Below are positions 48,521 through 58,108 of a stretch of DNA of 64,000 nt, piece after piece. Below the pieces are notes generated by a model, which worked only from the letters and a program-made list of their open reading frames with translations, did not search any database and was not told the origin of the DNA. How positions within the stretch are numbered: the first letter of the stretch is position 1; the number at the start of each line of letters is the position of its first letter. Source of the DNA: Eubacteriales bacterium (GTDB taxonomy: Bacteria > Bacillota > Clostridia > Oscillospirales > CAG-272); NCBI GenBank assembly GCA_045594785.1, contig JAZNZE010000001.1, positions 264 through 64,263 of the forward strand. The letters are read 5' to 3'. The position numbers were made by a program, and so were the translations under genes.

Positions 48521-49228
48521 ATGTATACCGTTCTTTGTATTTCCTGCCATCCTGACGATATGGAAATCGCCTGTGCAGGAACCTTGCTTAAATGTAAAAA
48601 AAGAGGCGACAGAGTTGTCGTTTGCCATCTTTCAAGCGGAAATCTCGGCCATGAGATTATTCCTCCGGATGAGCTTATAGAAATTCGCAAAAAGGAAGCC
48701 GAAACCAGTGCCGAAATGGCAGGATTTGAGGTAATGTGGGGAGGATTCCATGACCTCGATATATACGATGGAAACAAAGAGGCTCGCGATAAGGTTGTAG
48801 AGGTTATAAAGGAGGTTAATCCCGACTTTATAATAACTCATTCGCCTGACGACTATATGCCGGACCACACCGCAACAGCAAAGCTCGTATTCGATGCCTG
48901 CTTTGCAGCAACTCTTCCTAACTATAAGTCTAAGAGCCTTGGCAGAGCGCGTCTTGTTCCCGTTTACTATATGGATACCCTTTGCGGCGTAAACTTCAAT
49001 CCTACCGAATACGTTGACGTTACGGAAGAGATTGACAAGAAGCTTGAAATGCTCAATTGCCACGCCTCTCAGATCGTATGGATGCGTGACCACGACCACA
49101 TAGATTTTCCCGATATGGTAAAGACCTGCTCCAGATACCGCGGTTTCCAATGCGGTGCTGATTTTGCAGAGGGCTACAGACAGTGCCAGGTTTATCTTAA
49201 GGGCACCACGAAGAGACTTCTTCCCTGA
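48521..49228 (+). CDS. PIG-L/LmbE-family N-acetyl-sugar deacetylase
   Basis: Start at ATG 48521 behind TGGAGG. Motifs [14 protein letters not shown] and [11 protein letters not shown] (zinc-binding pattern of the PIG-L family). Confidence 0.8.
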   Translation: MYTVLCISCHPDDMEIACAGTLLKCKKRGDRVVVCHLSSGNLGHEIIPPDELIEIRKKEAETSAEMAGFEVMWGGFHDLDIYDGNKEARDKVVEVIKEVNPDFIITHSPDDYMPDHTATAKLVFDACFAATLPNYKSKSLGRARLVPVYYMDTLCGVNFNPTEYVDVTEEIDKKLEMLNCHASQIVWMRDHDHIDFPDMVKTCSRYRGFQCGADFAEGYRQCQVYLKGTTKRLLP

Positions 49229-49290
49229 TAAAGTTAAAACTACGGAATTTTATTGATTTCACTAAACTAAATTTCAAAGGAGATATTACA

Positions 49291-50238
49291 ATGGATTTTA
49301 ATTCAACAGTAAAAGGCAGCGCACTTGAAGGCTTCTATCCTGCAGGATGGGATTTTGACAAAATTGACGCTTGCATAGATTCACCTGAAAAAATAACCGA
49401 AAGACAGGCTTTCTGGAACAAGGATTTCACTCCCGTTCTCTGCACCGGTCTTGCCGAGTTTGAAACTTATATGGGACACGAGATTGCTATGCAGATAAAG
49501 CTCGCTAAGGAAAGAGGAGAAAAGATTGCGTTCATTCTCCCTGTAGGTCCTATGGGTATGTACAAATGGGTGGTTTACTTTATCCGCGAGTGGAAGGTAG
49601 ATTGCAGCCACGTTTACACCTTTAATATGGATGAGTGGGCAGATTCTGAGGGTAATACTCTCGCTTCCGACAACACCGGTTCATTCCAGTACGCTATGGA
49701 AAACGCGCTCTTTAATCCTCTCGGTGAATACACCGTTCCTAAGAATCAGAGAAACTTCGCGACCAAGGAAAATCTCCCCACGTACCCCGAAAAGATTGCA
49801 GCGCTTAAGGCAGAGGGCGCAAAGCTTATCCTCGTTTACGGTATAGGCAGAATGTGCCACATCGCATTCTGGGAGCCCACCTTCGCAGCTGATTACGATA
49901 ATGTTGCCGACTGGGAAAAGGCACCTTACAGAATCGCGGCTAAAATTCATCCCCTTACCGTTGAGCAGAATGCTCTTACCAGCTTCAAATCAAGAACCAC
50001 GCTCGTTCCTTGCCGCGCCAACACTATAGGCCCCGGCCTCTTCCTTCAGGCAGATTACGCTATAGGCGGAGCTGACGGAACTCTCGGAAGAGGAATGCAG
50101 TGGCAGGGCATGTCGCTTTGGATGACCCTCAGACACGGAAAATCCACCTGGATAACCTCTTCTTATATCCCCACGCTTCCCGGAAGGCTCTTCTTCCTTT
50201 CCGAGCTTGCAGGTCCTCTCACCGCAGAGTGCAACTGA
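49291..50238 (+). CDS. glucosamine-6-phosphate deaminase/isomerase (NagB)-family protein, long form
   Basis: 315 aa with [11 protein letters not shown] and FNMDEW motifs resembling the NagB/6-phosphogluconolactonase fold. About 50 aa of extra N-terminus. Confidence 0.65.
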   Translation: MDFNSTVKGSALEGFYPAGWDFDKIDACIDSPEKITERQAFWNKDFTPVLCTGLAEFETYMGHEIAMQIKLAKERGEKIAFILPVGPMGMYKWVVYFIREWKVDCSHVYTFNMDEWADSEGNTLASDNTGSFQYAMENALFNPLGEYTVPKNQRNFATKENLPTYPEKIAALKAEGAKLILVYGIGRMCHIAFWEPTFAADYDNVADWEKAPYRIAAKIHPLTVEQNALTSFKSRTTLVPCRANTIGPGLFLQADYAIGGADGTLGRGMQWQGMSLWMTLRHGKSTWITSSYIPTLPGRLFFLSELAGPLTAECN

Positions 50239-50239
50239 T

Positions 50240-51217
50240 ATGAACAAAAGAAACGGAATTTCGGTAGCAGGTACCGTCCTCATTGATAAAATCAACGAAA
50301 TTTCCGCATACCCCGAAAGCGGAGAGCTTACCAAAATAAGTTCAATCAAGCTCGGGGTTGGCGGATGCGTTCCAAACGTTGCCTGCGATCTTAAAAAAAT
50401 CCGTCCCTCTCTTTCCGTTTACGCTATCGGTAAAATAGGTAATGATGCAGACGGAAAATACATAGCTGACTATCTTGGCTCCGCCGGTGTTGACACCTCA
50501 AAAATAATAACCGACTGCAGCGATAATACCAGTATGACCCAGGTAATGAGCGTTATGGGAGGTCAACGAACCTTCTTTACCTATCCCGGAACAAGCTCTG
50601 ACTTCGGTTATTCGGATATTGATTTTGAAAGTCTGGAAACCAAAATACTTCACCTCGGATATTTCCTGCTGCTTGATAAGGTAGATAACGGTGACGGATT
50701 GAAAATACTCAAGGAAGCGAAGGCTCGCGGTATTGAAACTTCAATAGACCTTGTCAGCGAAAACTCGGACAGATACTCTGTGGTTCTGCCCTGTCTCCCT
50801 TACACCGATTACCTCATAATCAACGAGCTAGAGGCATCAAAGCTAACCGGAATAGAGCCTACTGACGAAAATCTTGAAAAAATTTCAAAAAAACTTATGG
50901 AGCTCGGTGTAAAGAAGAAGGTTATTATACATAAGCCGGACCTTGCAACAGCTCTTTCCGAGGAGGGCTTTACCGCCGTTCCCTCATATGAGATTTCAAG
51001 TGACGAAATAGCAGGAACTACTGGCGCGGGAGACGCCTTCTGCGCAGGCGCGCTTATAGGAATTTATGACGGACGCTCGGATAAGGAAATTCTTGAATTT
51101 GCTTCTTCCGTTGCCCTTGTTTCGCTTTTTGCTCCCGATGCGACAAGCGGCATAGTTACAGAAGAAAAAATCAAAAAAATTTGCGAAAATAAGGATAGAA
51201 AAAAGATATGCTTGTAA
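50240..51217 (+). CDS. PfkB-family carbohydrate kinase
   Basis: Start trimmed to MNKRNGISVAG (ATG 50240, 1 nt after the upstream stop). GGCVPNVA N-terminal motif and C-terminal TTGAGDAFCAG. Confidence 0.8.
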   Translation: MNKRNGISVAGTVLIDKINEISAYPESGELTKISSIKLGVGGCVPNVACDLKKIRPSLSVYAIGKIGNDADGKYIADYLGSAGVDTSKIITDCSDNTSMTQVMSVMGGQRTFFTYPGTSSDFGYSDIDFESLETKILHLGYFLLLDKVDNGDGLKILKEAKARGIETSIDLVSENSDRYSVVLPCLPYTDYLIINELEASKLTGIEPTDENLEKISKKLMELGVKKKVIIHKPDLATALSEEGFTAVPSYEISSDEIAGTTGAGDAFCAGALIGIYDGRSDKEILEFASSVALVSLFAPDATSGIVTEEKIKKICENKDRKKICL

Positions 51218-52044
51218 ACTTAAATGAAGTGCTTAAAAAGGCTCAGGAGGGTCACTTTGGAGTAGGACTTTTCAACACAACCGACTCTGATATGCTTGAA
51301 GCAGTTATTGCCGCTGCCGAAGAGCTTAATTCACCTGTAGTTATCGGTACTGCCGAGATACTTCTTCCCTACGGAGAGCTTCAGCTTATAGGCCCGGGAA
51401 TGATAGCTGCTGCAAAAAGAGCAAAGGTTCCGGTTGTAGTTCATTACGACCACGGTCTCACCTTTGACAGATGTATGGAGGCTCTTAAGCTCGGATTCTC
51501 TTCTCTTATGTTTGACGGCTCTACCAAAAGCTATGAGGAAAATATTAAGGAAACCCAGGAAATCGTAAAAATCGCACATTCCTTTGGAGCTACCGTTGAA
51601 GGAGAAATCGGTCACGTAGGAAACGCTGACAATGAAGCCGACCTTGGAACAGATATGTACACTACCCCCGAGGAAGCAAAGGCTTATATAGATGCAACCG
51701 GAGTTGACGCTCTCGCAATAGCTATAGGAACTGCTCACGGCGTTTATAAGAGCAAGCCCCAGCTCAATATCGATAGACTTAAGGAAATACGAAACACGGT
51801 TGATACTCCCCTTGTCCTTCACGGCGGAAGCGGCCTTTCCGATGATGACTTTAAAAACACGGTTAAGGAAGGCATCGCCAAGGTAAATATCTTTACCGAC
51901 CTCTGCCTTGCAGGTGCAGAAGGATTTAAGGCAGGTCTTGAACAAGGTATGGGATATCTCGAAGCAAGAAACCTTAAGGTTCAGTACATAAAGGAAGCCG
52001 TTAAGAAAAAGATGATTCTTTTCGGCTCGGTTAACAAAGCGTAA
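51208..52044 (+). CDS. class II ketose-bisphosphate aldolase (tagatose/fructose-1,6-bisphosphate aldolase family)
   Basis: 278 aa with HYDHG, GTAHGVYK and LVLHGGSG motifs. 10-nt overlap with the kinase gene. Confidence 0.85.
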   Translation: MLVNLNEVLKKAQEGHFGVGLFNTTDSDMLEAVIAAAEELNSPVVIGTAEILLPYGELQLIGPGMIAAAKRAKVPVVVHYDHGLTFDRCMEALKLGFSSLMFDGSTKSYEENIKETQEIVKIAHSFGATVEGEIGHVGNADNEADLGTDMYTTPEEAKAYIDATGVDALAIAIGTAHGVYKSKPQLNIDRLKEIRNTVDTPLVLHGGSGLSDDDFKNTVKEGIAKVNIFTDLCLAGAEGFKAGLEQGMGYLEARNLKVQYIKEAVKKKMILFGSVNKA

Positions 52045-52050
52045 ATTAAA

Positions 52051-52098
52051 AAAACGTTGTCCGATACCGATTAGGTAAAGGGCAACGTTTTTTATTTT
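52051..52098 (+). terminator. rho-independent terminator of the deacetylase-aldolase operon
   Basis: AAAACGTTGTCC (52051-52062) / GGGCAACGTTTT (52080-52091) with one G-U pair, followed by TTTATTTT. Confidence 0.65.
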
Positions 52099-52162
52099 AC
52101 GGTTGGCAAATTCAAATTCTGCTCTATATTTTGCTCAGAATAATCATTTTTTGTGCAATCGC

Positions 52163-53020
52163 TCAATGCTTTTTAATTGGCAACAGCATTCGGGTTTGTT
52201 TCTTGTATTCTGAAAATCCCTCTTTACGAGATTGCCTTCCGTCTGCCATAGGAATGCTTACGGCAAAAAACAAAACGGTATTCAAGATTGCGCCCAAAAT
52301 AAGGTACCAGGCACTCGGAGCTGCACAAACCAGACTTAACCCGACTCCCCACCACATAAAAATTTCACAGAGATAATTAGGATGTCTTGAGTACTTCCAA
52401 AGTCCTATGCGGATAAAAGGAGAGGTTCTGTTTTTACGGAACTTATGCATCTGAATATCGGCAATTCCCTGCATTACGGCAGCAAGAAGCGACAGACACA
52501 GAAAAACAACGCTTGCCGCATTCAGGCTAACCTCGTTTACTATTGCGTATACTGCGGGAAGCGTGCAAAAATAAACGACAAGAGTTGGCACCATATGTAT
52601 TCCGATAAAATTTATTATAGGATAAAACACTCCCGTTTTTTCGCGGAGCATAGTATATCGCCAGTCCTGATGAGTGAGGTTAGTGAAGGTATACGCCCAG
52701 TTTGCAGTTAATCTTATTGCCCAAAATCCAACACATATAAGCAAAAGAAGCGCAAAAGGCGTCATCTGCCCACCTATAAGAAATGCAACAAGAATAACGG
52801 GTGGTTGAACGCTCCAATACGGGTCGTAAACCGATGCATTTCCAAAAATCGCGCTGAATATAAAGACTATAACCGTTGCAGCGACATCAGCAAGCAGCAG
52901 AGAAAGCCAATACGAAAGATTAATCTCGCGAAAAATTATAACACCGATAAAAGCAGCAATCGCATAAATCATAAAAATAAGCAAGAAGCTTATTGTTCGA
53001 TTTTCTTTTAGTTTATTCAC
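52163..53020 (-). CDS. DUF1295 / steroid 5-alpha-reductase-like membrane protein
   Basis: 285-aa polytopic protein. The C-terminal WKYSRHPNYLCEIFMWWG motif is typical of this family. Confidence 0.7.
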   Translation of the reverse strand: MNKLKENRTISFLLIFMIYAIAAFIGVIIFREINLSYWLSLLLADVAATVIVFIFSAIFGNASVYDPYWSVQPPVILVAFLIGGQMTPFALLLLICVGFWAIRLTANWAYTFTNLTHQDWRYTMLREKTGVFYPIINFIGIHMVPTLVVYFCTLPAVYAIVNEVSLNAASVVFLCLSLLAAVMQGIADIQMHKFRKNRTSPFIRIGLWKYSRHPNYLCEIFMWWGVGLSLVCAAPSAWYLILGAILNTVLFFAVSIPMADGRQSRKEGFSEYKKQTRMLLPIKKH

Positions 53021-53057
53021 TTTTTTCTCCTTTTCCTCTAATGAAAAAAGATAGAAT

Positions 53058-53097
53058 TAAAGGGTACTTAAGCCGAGTAAGGCAGCAGTACCCTTTT
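53058..53097 (-). terminator. metK terminator hairpin
   Basis: AAGGGTAC (53060-53067) / GTACCCTT (53088-53095), with a T-rich tract on the minus strand. Confidence 0.5.
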
Positions 53098-53106
53098 CTT
53101 TAGTTT

Positions 53107-54291
53107 TTATGCATTACAAAGCTTTTTAAGCTCGTCCGCAATATCACAGATTTCCCACTTTACACCGAGCTCTTCTCTTCCCATATGTCCGTAAGCTGCA
53201 AGCTCCTTGTAAATAGGCTTTCTGAGGTCGAATTTTTCAATTATAGCTGCGGGGCGAAGGTCAACGAGTGAATTAACTGCCTCGGAAATCTTCTCCTCCG
53301 AAACGGTTGCCGTGCCAAAGGTATCAATCATTACCGAAACAGGCTTTGCAATTCCGATAGCATACGCAATCTGAACCTCACATTTCTTTGCAAGTCCTGC
53401 CTTTACGATGTTCTTAGCAACGTATCTTGCCGCATAAGAAGCACTTCTGTCAACCTTCGTAGGATCCTTTCCGGAAAAAGCACCGCCACCGTGACGCGCG
53501 TATCCACCGTATGTATCCACGATAATCTTTCTTCCCGTAAGACCCGTATCTCCCTGAGGACCGCCGATAACAAATCTGCCGGTGGGATTAACGTAAATAT
53601 TTACTTTCCCGTCAAGAAGCTCCTTGGGAATTATCGGGAAAATAACGTTCTCGATTATATCCTTACGAATCGTCTTGTTATCTATTTCAGCACTGTGCTG
53701 AGAAGAAATAACTATAGTATCAACCCTCTTCGGAACACCGTCAACGTATTCAACGGTAACCTGAGTTTTTCCGTCAGGACGGAGATAGGAGAGCTTGCCC
53801 GACTTTCTCACCTCTGTAAGACGCTTTGCAAGCTTATGAGCAAGAGAAATAGGAAGCGGCATAAGCTCTTCCGTTTCATCGCAGGCATATCCGAACATAA
53901 GTCCCTGGTCACCCGCTCCGGTATCAAGCGTATCGGAAAGCTCACCGTCCTTTGCTTCAAGGCATTTATCAACTCCGAGCGCAATATCCTCGCTCTGCTC
54001 GTGAATCGAGCTGATAACCGCGCAGGTGTTGGCATCAAAGCCGAACTTTGCTCTGTTATATCCGATTTCATTAACGGTATCTCTTACAATTTTCTGAACG
54101 TCAATCTTAGCCTTTGTGGTTATTTCACCCATAACGGTTATTATACCCGTTGTAGCAAAGGTTTCACAAGCAACGCGGCTCATAGGGTCTTCCTTCAGTA
54201 TTGCATCAAGAATAGCGTCTGAAACCTTATCGCAAATTTTGTCAGGATGTCCCTCTGTAACGGATTCAGAGGTAAAAAGCATTTTTTTCAT
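53107..54291 (-). CDS. metK: S-adenosylmethionine synthase
   Basis: [28 protein letters not shown] and [16 protein letters not shown] motifs. Confidence 0.95.
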   Translation of the reverse strand: MKKMLFTSESVTEGHPDKICDKVSDAILDAILKEDPMSRVACETFATTGIITVMGEITTKAKIDVQKIVRDTVNEIGYNRAKFGFDANTCAVISSIHEQSEDIALGVDKCLEAKDGELSDTLDTGAGDQGLMFGYACDETEELMPLPISLAHKLAKRLTEVRKSGKLSYLRPDGKTQVTVEYVDGVPKRVDTIVISSQHSAEIDNKTIRKDIIENVIFPIIPKELLDGKVNIYVNPTGRFVIGGPQGDTGLTGRKIIVDTYGGYARHGGGAFSGKDPTKVDRSASYAARYVAKNIVKAGLAKKCEVQIAYAIGIAKPVSVMIDTFGTATVSEEKISEAVNSLVDLRPAAIIEKFDLRKPIYKELAAYGHMGREELGVKWEICDIADELKKLCNA

Positions 54292-54310
54292 TATAATCCC
54301 TTTCCGCTTA

Positions 54311-54445
54311 TCAAATAAAAAATCGAAAATTGCCTAAGCAATTCCCGACCGCTGATTTAACTCATCTGTCAGGATTTAGCACCTTACGCTATATGCATAG
54401 GTTGCCGGGCTTCACAGGGCCAGTCCCTCCGCCACTCTTGATAAG
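54311..54445 (-). promoter_or_regulatory. SAM-I (S-box) riboswitch with terminator-type expression platform, in the metK leader
   Basis: Minus strand reads CTTATCAAGAGTGGCGGAGGGACTGGCCCTGTGAAGCCCGGCAACC...GGTGCTAAATCCTGACAGATGAG, with P1 CUUAUC/GAUGAG and the aptamer at 54361-54445. It is followed by the hairpin CGGGAAUUGC/GCAAUUUUCG (54347-54324) and a U-run. Confidence 0.9.
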
Positions 54446-54465
54446 CATTTTATTTAGTTTTCTAT

Positions 54466-54494
54466 ATTCTAACATAAAAAGACAAAAAAATCAA
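54466..54494 (-). promoter_or_regulatory. metK promoter
   Basis: Minus strand TTGATT (54494-54489), 17-nt spacer, TGT-TAGAAT (54471-54466). It lies about 20 nt upstream of the riboswitch. Confidence 0.55.
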
Positions 54495-54504
54495 GTAGGT
54501 AACA

Positions 54505-54544
54505 CAAAAAATAAGTGTCGGCTCAGAGTTTTTTCCGAGCCGAC
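54505..54544 (-). terminator. phosphofructokinase gene terminator
   Basis: GTCGGCTC (54517-54524) / GAGCCGAC (54537-54544). ACUUAUUUUUU follows on the minus strand. Confidence 0.7.
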
Positions 54545-54558
54545 CTAAAACTTAAAAA

Positions 54559-55797
54559 TTAAAGCACGATATGCTTGGGAAGACCGCCCTCATACTCAAC
54601 TGCAACCTCACCGATAATAAGCGGTGCGAGGTAGTTGATACCCGCTTCGGTAATGCCGTCACAGGTCTCGTTTATGTATTCATCGGGAACGCCCCTTACC
54701 GCGTTTGCAATAGAAGATATTTCAGCGCAATCAATGTAGGAGGAATACTCTTCTCCGCTATTGCGGTTAATGGTCATCATAACACCGGTTCTGCCCTCTG
54801 CGGCAACCTTAACGGCAGTTTTACCAACCGCAACCGATTCCGAAATGTCCGTAGCGGAAAGAAGATGACCTGCGCAGCGCTGAGGAAGGTTAAGCTCTAT
54901 AGAACGAACCTTACAGCCTATTCTGTCCTTAACGATATATTCGAGCGCCTTTCCCGCGCCGGAAAGCTTTGCGTGACCGAAAGCATCAAGCGCACCCGGA
55001 GCGGTAGATGCTCCTACGTAGCTGCCGTCAGCAAGGCGGATACCCTCGGAAACGGCAACGAGCACCGCAGGCTTGGTTTCCTGAATCTTTTTGACGGATT
55101 CTACGAACTTATCGATGTCAAACGGCTTTTCGGGAAGATAAATAAGGTCGGGCGCAAGACCGCCGCTCACCTTAGGAAGAACGGCAGATGCGGTAAGCCA
55201 GCCGGCATCTCTGCCCATTACCTCAACTATCGTAACCGCCTTAAGCGTATAAACCGAAACGTCACGGAGAACTTCCTTCATAGTGGTTGCAACAAACTTA
55301 GCAGCCGAACCGAATCCGGGAGTATGGTCCGTAGCCATAAGGTCGTTATCTATGGTTTTCGGCACTCCTACAACGCGAATTTCATAATCGTTTTCCTTCG
55401 CGTAAGCGGAGAGCTTTGAAACGGTATCCATAGAATCGTTACCGCCTATATAGAAAAAGTACCTGATATTATACTTTGCGAATATTTCGAAAAGCTTTTT
55501 ATAGGTATCGGGGTCAGCCTCGGGAGACTTCATTTTTTTACGGCAGGAGCCAAGCGCTGCCGCAGGAGTAGCCTCAAGAGTTTTGAGATTCTTCTCGTCT
55601 TCGAATATATCGAAAAGATTTACCATCTTCTCATCGAGAAAGCCCTCTATTCCGTATCTCATTCCGTAAAGATTTTCTATTATTCCCTCTCCTCTCGCAG
55701 TAAAAGCACCTCTGATAACGCCTGCAAGAGTTGCATTTATCGCCGCAGTAGGACCGCCTGACTGACCTACAACAGCATTTCCTTTAAGAATATTCAT
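54559..55797 (-). CDS. 6-phosphofructokinase, PfkA family (long, PPi-dependent-like clade)
   Basis: 412 aa with GQSGGPTAAINA, YIGGNDSMDT, PKTIDNDL and MGRDAGW motifs. GGNDS (not GGDGS) and the length suggest the PPi-type clade. The phosphoryl donor cannot be proven from sequence. Confidence 0.85.
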   Translation of the reverse strand: MNILKGNAVVGQSGGPTAAINATLAGVIRGAFTARGEGIIENLYGMRYGIEGFLDEKMVNLFDIFEDEKNLKTLEATPAAALGSCRKKMKSPEADPDTYKKLFEIFAKYNIRYFFYIGGNDSMDTVSKLSAYAKENDYEIRVVGVPKTIDNDLMATDHTPGFGSAAKFVATTMKEVLRDVSVYTLKAVTIVEVMGRDAGWLTASAVLPKVSGGLAPDLIYLPEKPFDIDKFVESVKKIQETKPAVLVAVSEGIRLADGSYVGASTAPGALDAFGHAKLSGAGKALEYIVKDRIGCKVRSIELNLPQRCAGHLLSATDISESVAVGKTAVKVAAEGRTGVMMTINRNSGEEYSSYIDCAEISSIANAVRGVPDEYINETCDGITEAGINYLAPLIIGEVAVEYEGGLPKHIVL

Positions 55798-55862
55798 GTC
55801 TAATACTCCTTTATTTTCTTTTACGCTCTATAGTATAACACAGAAACAAAATATTTTCAACA

Positions 55863-56384
55863 CTAATTGTGACTTTTTTCTATCTTGGAAAAATCAAAAT
55901 GAGAAATTGCGTTAATCACGTAATCCTCCTTTTTGAATCCATAGTCGTAAAAGTATGCGTGCTCACATAAATCAAGCGCCAATACCACGTTTTTAGAGCT
56001 GAGTATTTTTTCGTAGTCTCTGCCGCAATATGCAAAAATTCTTCCCCGGTCATCGTAAATAAGTAAAAATCCCCCGTCACACTCTCTGCACTTTTCTTTT
56101 ATGACGTATAAAAATCCCGCAACCGAACCGTATTCCCGTTTTATGCGCTCACAAGGAGAGTTATGCTCGGTAAAGGAAGAAAAATAGATTTTGTGTGCCA
56201 AAATTTCAGAATAAAGCTTTGCTGCCGCCGCTCGCTCGCTTCTTTGTATTCTTGATTTGTAAATTCCGTTAATATCGGAATTCTTAAGCTCCGGATAGCT
56301 TTTTTCAAATATTCTGTACTTAAGAATTAAATCATTCTGATATTCCTTGTGCATCTCTAAGCTTCTATCCGATAAAAAATTCAT
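55863..56384 (-). CDS. short Fe/Mn superoxide dismutase-like protein
   Basis: 173 aa. The C-terminal LDLCEHAYFYDYGFKKEDYV resembles the SOD DxWEHAYY(L)xY motif. The N-domain is shortened (LEMHKEY, AHKIYF). Confidence 0.55.
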   Translation of the reverse strand: MNFLSDRSLEMHKEYQNDLILKYRIFEKSYPELKNSDINGIYKSRIQRSERAAAAKLYSEILAHKIYFSSFTEHNSPCERIKREYGSVAGFLYVIKEKCRECDGGFLLIYDDRGRIFAYCGRDYEKILSSKNVVLALDLCEHAYFYDYGFKKEDYVINAISHFDFSKIEKSHN

Positions 56385-56399
56385 ATTTCCTCCTAAATG

Positions 56400-56434
56400 A
56401 AATCCTCACTTTACTTTATGCAAAGTGAGGATTT
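56400..56434 (-). terminator. hairpin after hslO (weak terminator)
   Basis: Perfect 13-bp inverted repeat AAATCCTCACTTT (56400-56412) / AAAGTGAGGATTT (56422-56434). The U-tract is only moderate. Confidence 0.45.
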
Positions 56435-56447
56435 TGGGTTTCAATTA

Positions 56448-57344
56448 TCATTTAGAAAAGAAATCACTTTCCACAAACGTATATTCGCTGTTACAGAATC
56501 TGCACACCGCCGTAAGCTCTCTGGGCTTGCCCTCGGCCTCCTGCTCGTTATACATATTCATTATTTCTTCTTTTCCGAGTGAAAGTATTTTTTCTCTCAT
56601 ACGCTTACGCGAGCAGTCGCATTTGTATCCGACCTCAAGCGTATCGAAGGTATCGTAAGGAATATCGCGCATAGCAATATCCATAATAGCCTTATTATCA
56701 AGTCCCTCGGCAAATTTAGCGGAAATATTAAAAAGGTCCTGTGCGTTGCGCTCAATCAAATCAACGGTTTTATCATCCGGAAAAGGAAGGAGCTGAATGA
56801 GAATTCCGCCCGCCGCAAGACAGGTATAGTCCTTATCAACCAGAACACCAAGAGAAAGAACCGTAGGAATCTGCTCGCTTTTTGCAAAATAAGTTGCAAT
56901 ATCCTCGGCAATTTCACCGCTTACTATCTCGCTCATACCGGTTTGAGGCTCTCCCTCTCCTATCTGCTTAATAAAGCTCAGCGTTCCTTTACCTACGGCG
57001 CGGCCAACGTCAAGCTTTCCGTTTGCTTTTTTAGGCGGATTTACCAGAGGATTCTGTATATATCCCTTTACGTTTCCGAAATAATCCGCAACCGCAAGAA
57101 TTTTACCTGCTTCACCGTCACCGAAAAAGCCTATCGTCAGCGAATCCTTATCCTCGGGAAGCATCGTTCCTATCATAGAAGCAGCGGTAATCGTTCTTCC
57201 CAGCGCTGCGGTTGCCGTAGGCGAGGTTTTATGTGCAGCCGCCATATCGTTTACCATTTTACGTGAATTGATTACCAAAACGCGCGCAGAACCGTCCCTC
57301 GTCATAGCTCGCAGTATTGTAGACCCATTTGTTTTCTTTTCCAT
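56448..57344 (-). CDS. hslO: redox-regulated chaperone Hsp33
   Basis: 298 aa. The C-terminal zinc switch is CDCSRKRM...CRFCNSEY. Confidence 0.9.
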   Translation of the reverse strand: MEKKTNGSTILRAMTRDGSARVLVINSRKMVNDMAAAHKTSPTATAALGRTITAASMIGTMLPEDKDSLTIGFFGDGEAGKILAVADYFGNVKGYIQNPLVNPPKKANGKLDVGRAVGKGTLSFIKQIGEGEPQTGMSEIVSGEIAEDIATYFAKSEQIPTVLSLGVLVDKDYTCLAAGGILIQLLPFPDDKTVDLIERNAQDLFNISAKFAEGLDNKAIMDIAMRDIPYDTFDTLEVGYKCDCSRKRMREKILSLGKEEIMNMYNEQEAEGKPRELTAVCRFCNSEYTFVESDFFSK

Positions 57345-57348
57345 TTCA

Positions 57349-58107
57349 TTATTCCTTTACACATTTTGCAACTATATAAATTCTGTCGTTTTCGTCAGAA
57401 GCTTTTGAAAAATCAAAATCAGAGTAAGCTCCTATAAACTCAAATCCCGTCTCTGAAAGCATATTTTTCAGGCTTCTTAAAGTATACATCTTTTCCTTCT
57501 GGAGTTCATCGTATCTGTCATAGCTTCCGTCACTGTTCTGCGAAAAAAGAGTTATGTAGAAATTGCATATGCCGCTTTTATCGTTATAATAATTCTGCCA
57601 GATACACATAGAAGATTCGTTTTCCATAACGTAGCTGTTATCCGCATATACCGTTCGAAACTTTTTTCTGCCGTTTATATCAAAAATGAAAAGTCCGCTG
57701 GGTGTGAGATAGTTATGAACGAGAGAAAGGCACTTTTTAAAATCCGAGGCACTGATAAGATGATTCATACAGTCAAGGCAGGAGACCGTTACGCCAACCG
57801 TACCGTATAGCTCAAAGCTGCGCATATCCTGCTTTAGCCAGAGTATATTATCAAGCCCCTCACGCTCTGCTCCGTCCCTTGCGATATCAAGCATTTCCGC
57901 TGAGCTGTCAACTCCTGTCATATCGTATCCTCTTCTCGCAAGCTCAAGCGTCATTTTTCCTGTTCCGCAGCCTAAATCAAGCACTAAATTCTTTTCTTCA
58001 AAGCCGGGATTGTGTTCAATTATCTTCTCGATAAAGTCAGCCCAACTCGAATAATCAACGTCTTTATTTATTTCATCGTATATTGGCGCTAAAAGATCGT
58101 ACATCAT
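57349..58107 (-). CDS. class I SAM-dependent methyltransferase (small-molecule type)
   Basis: Start trimmed to MMYDLLAPIYDE (ATG 58107); the tracked extension overlaps the helicase. SAM motif VLDLGCGTGKMT. No DPPY/NPPY-type DNA-methyltransferase motif was seen. Confidence 0.8.
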   Translation of the reverse strand: MMYDLLAPIYDEINKDVDYSSWADFIEKIIEHNPGFEEKNLVLDLGCGTGKMTLELARRGYDMTGVDSSAEMLDIARDGAEREGLDNILWLKQDMRSFELYGTVGVTVSCLDCMNHLISASDFKKCLSLVHNYLTPSGLFIFDINGRKKFRTVYADNSYVMENESSMCIWQNYYNDKSGICNFYITLFSQNSDGSYDRYDELQKEKMYTLRSLKNMLSETGFEFIGAYSDFDFSKASDENDRIYIVAKCVKE

Positions 58108-58108
58108 A

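Noticed and set aside
53491-55419. Long antisense ORFs opposite metK (243 aa) and pfk (282 aa). Similar shadows occur opposite the enolase gene (6821-7402), the aldolase gene (51331-51945), the PIG-L gene (48632-49150) and the ATPase gene (60153-60743).
   Set aside because: Each is fully nested opposite a gene with strong family motifs. Their compositions are odd (Arg/Ser/Asn/Phe-rich) and they have no RBS. They are typical antisense open frames.
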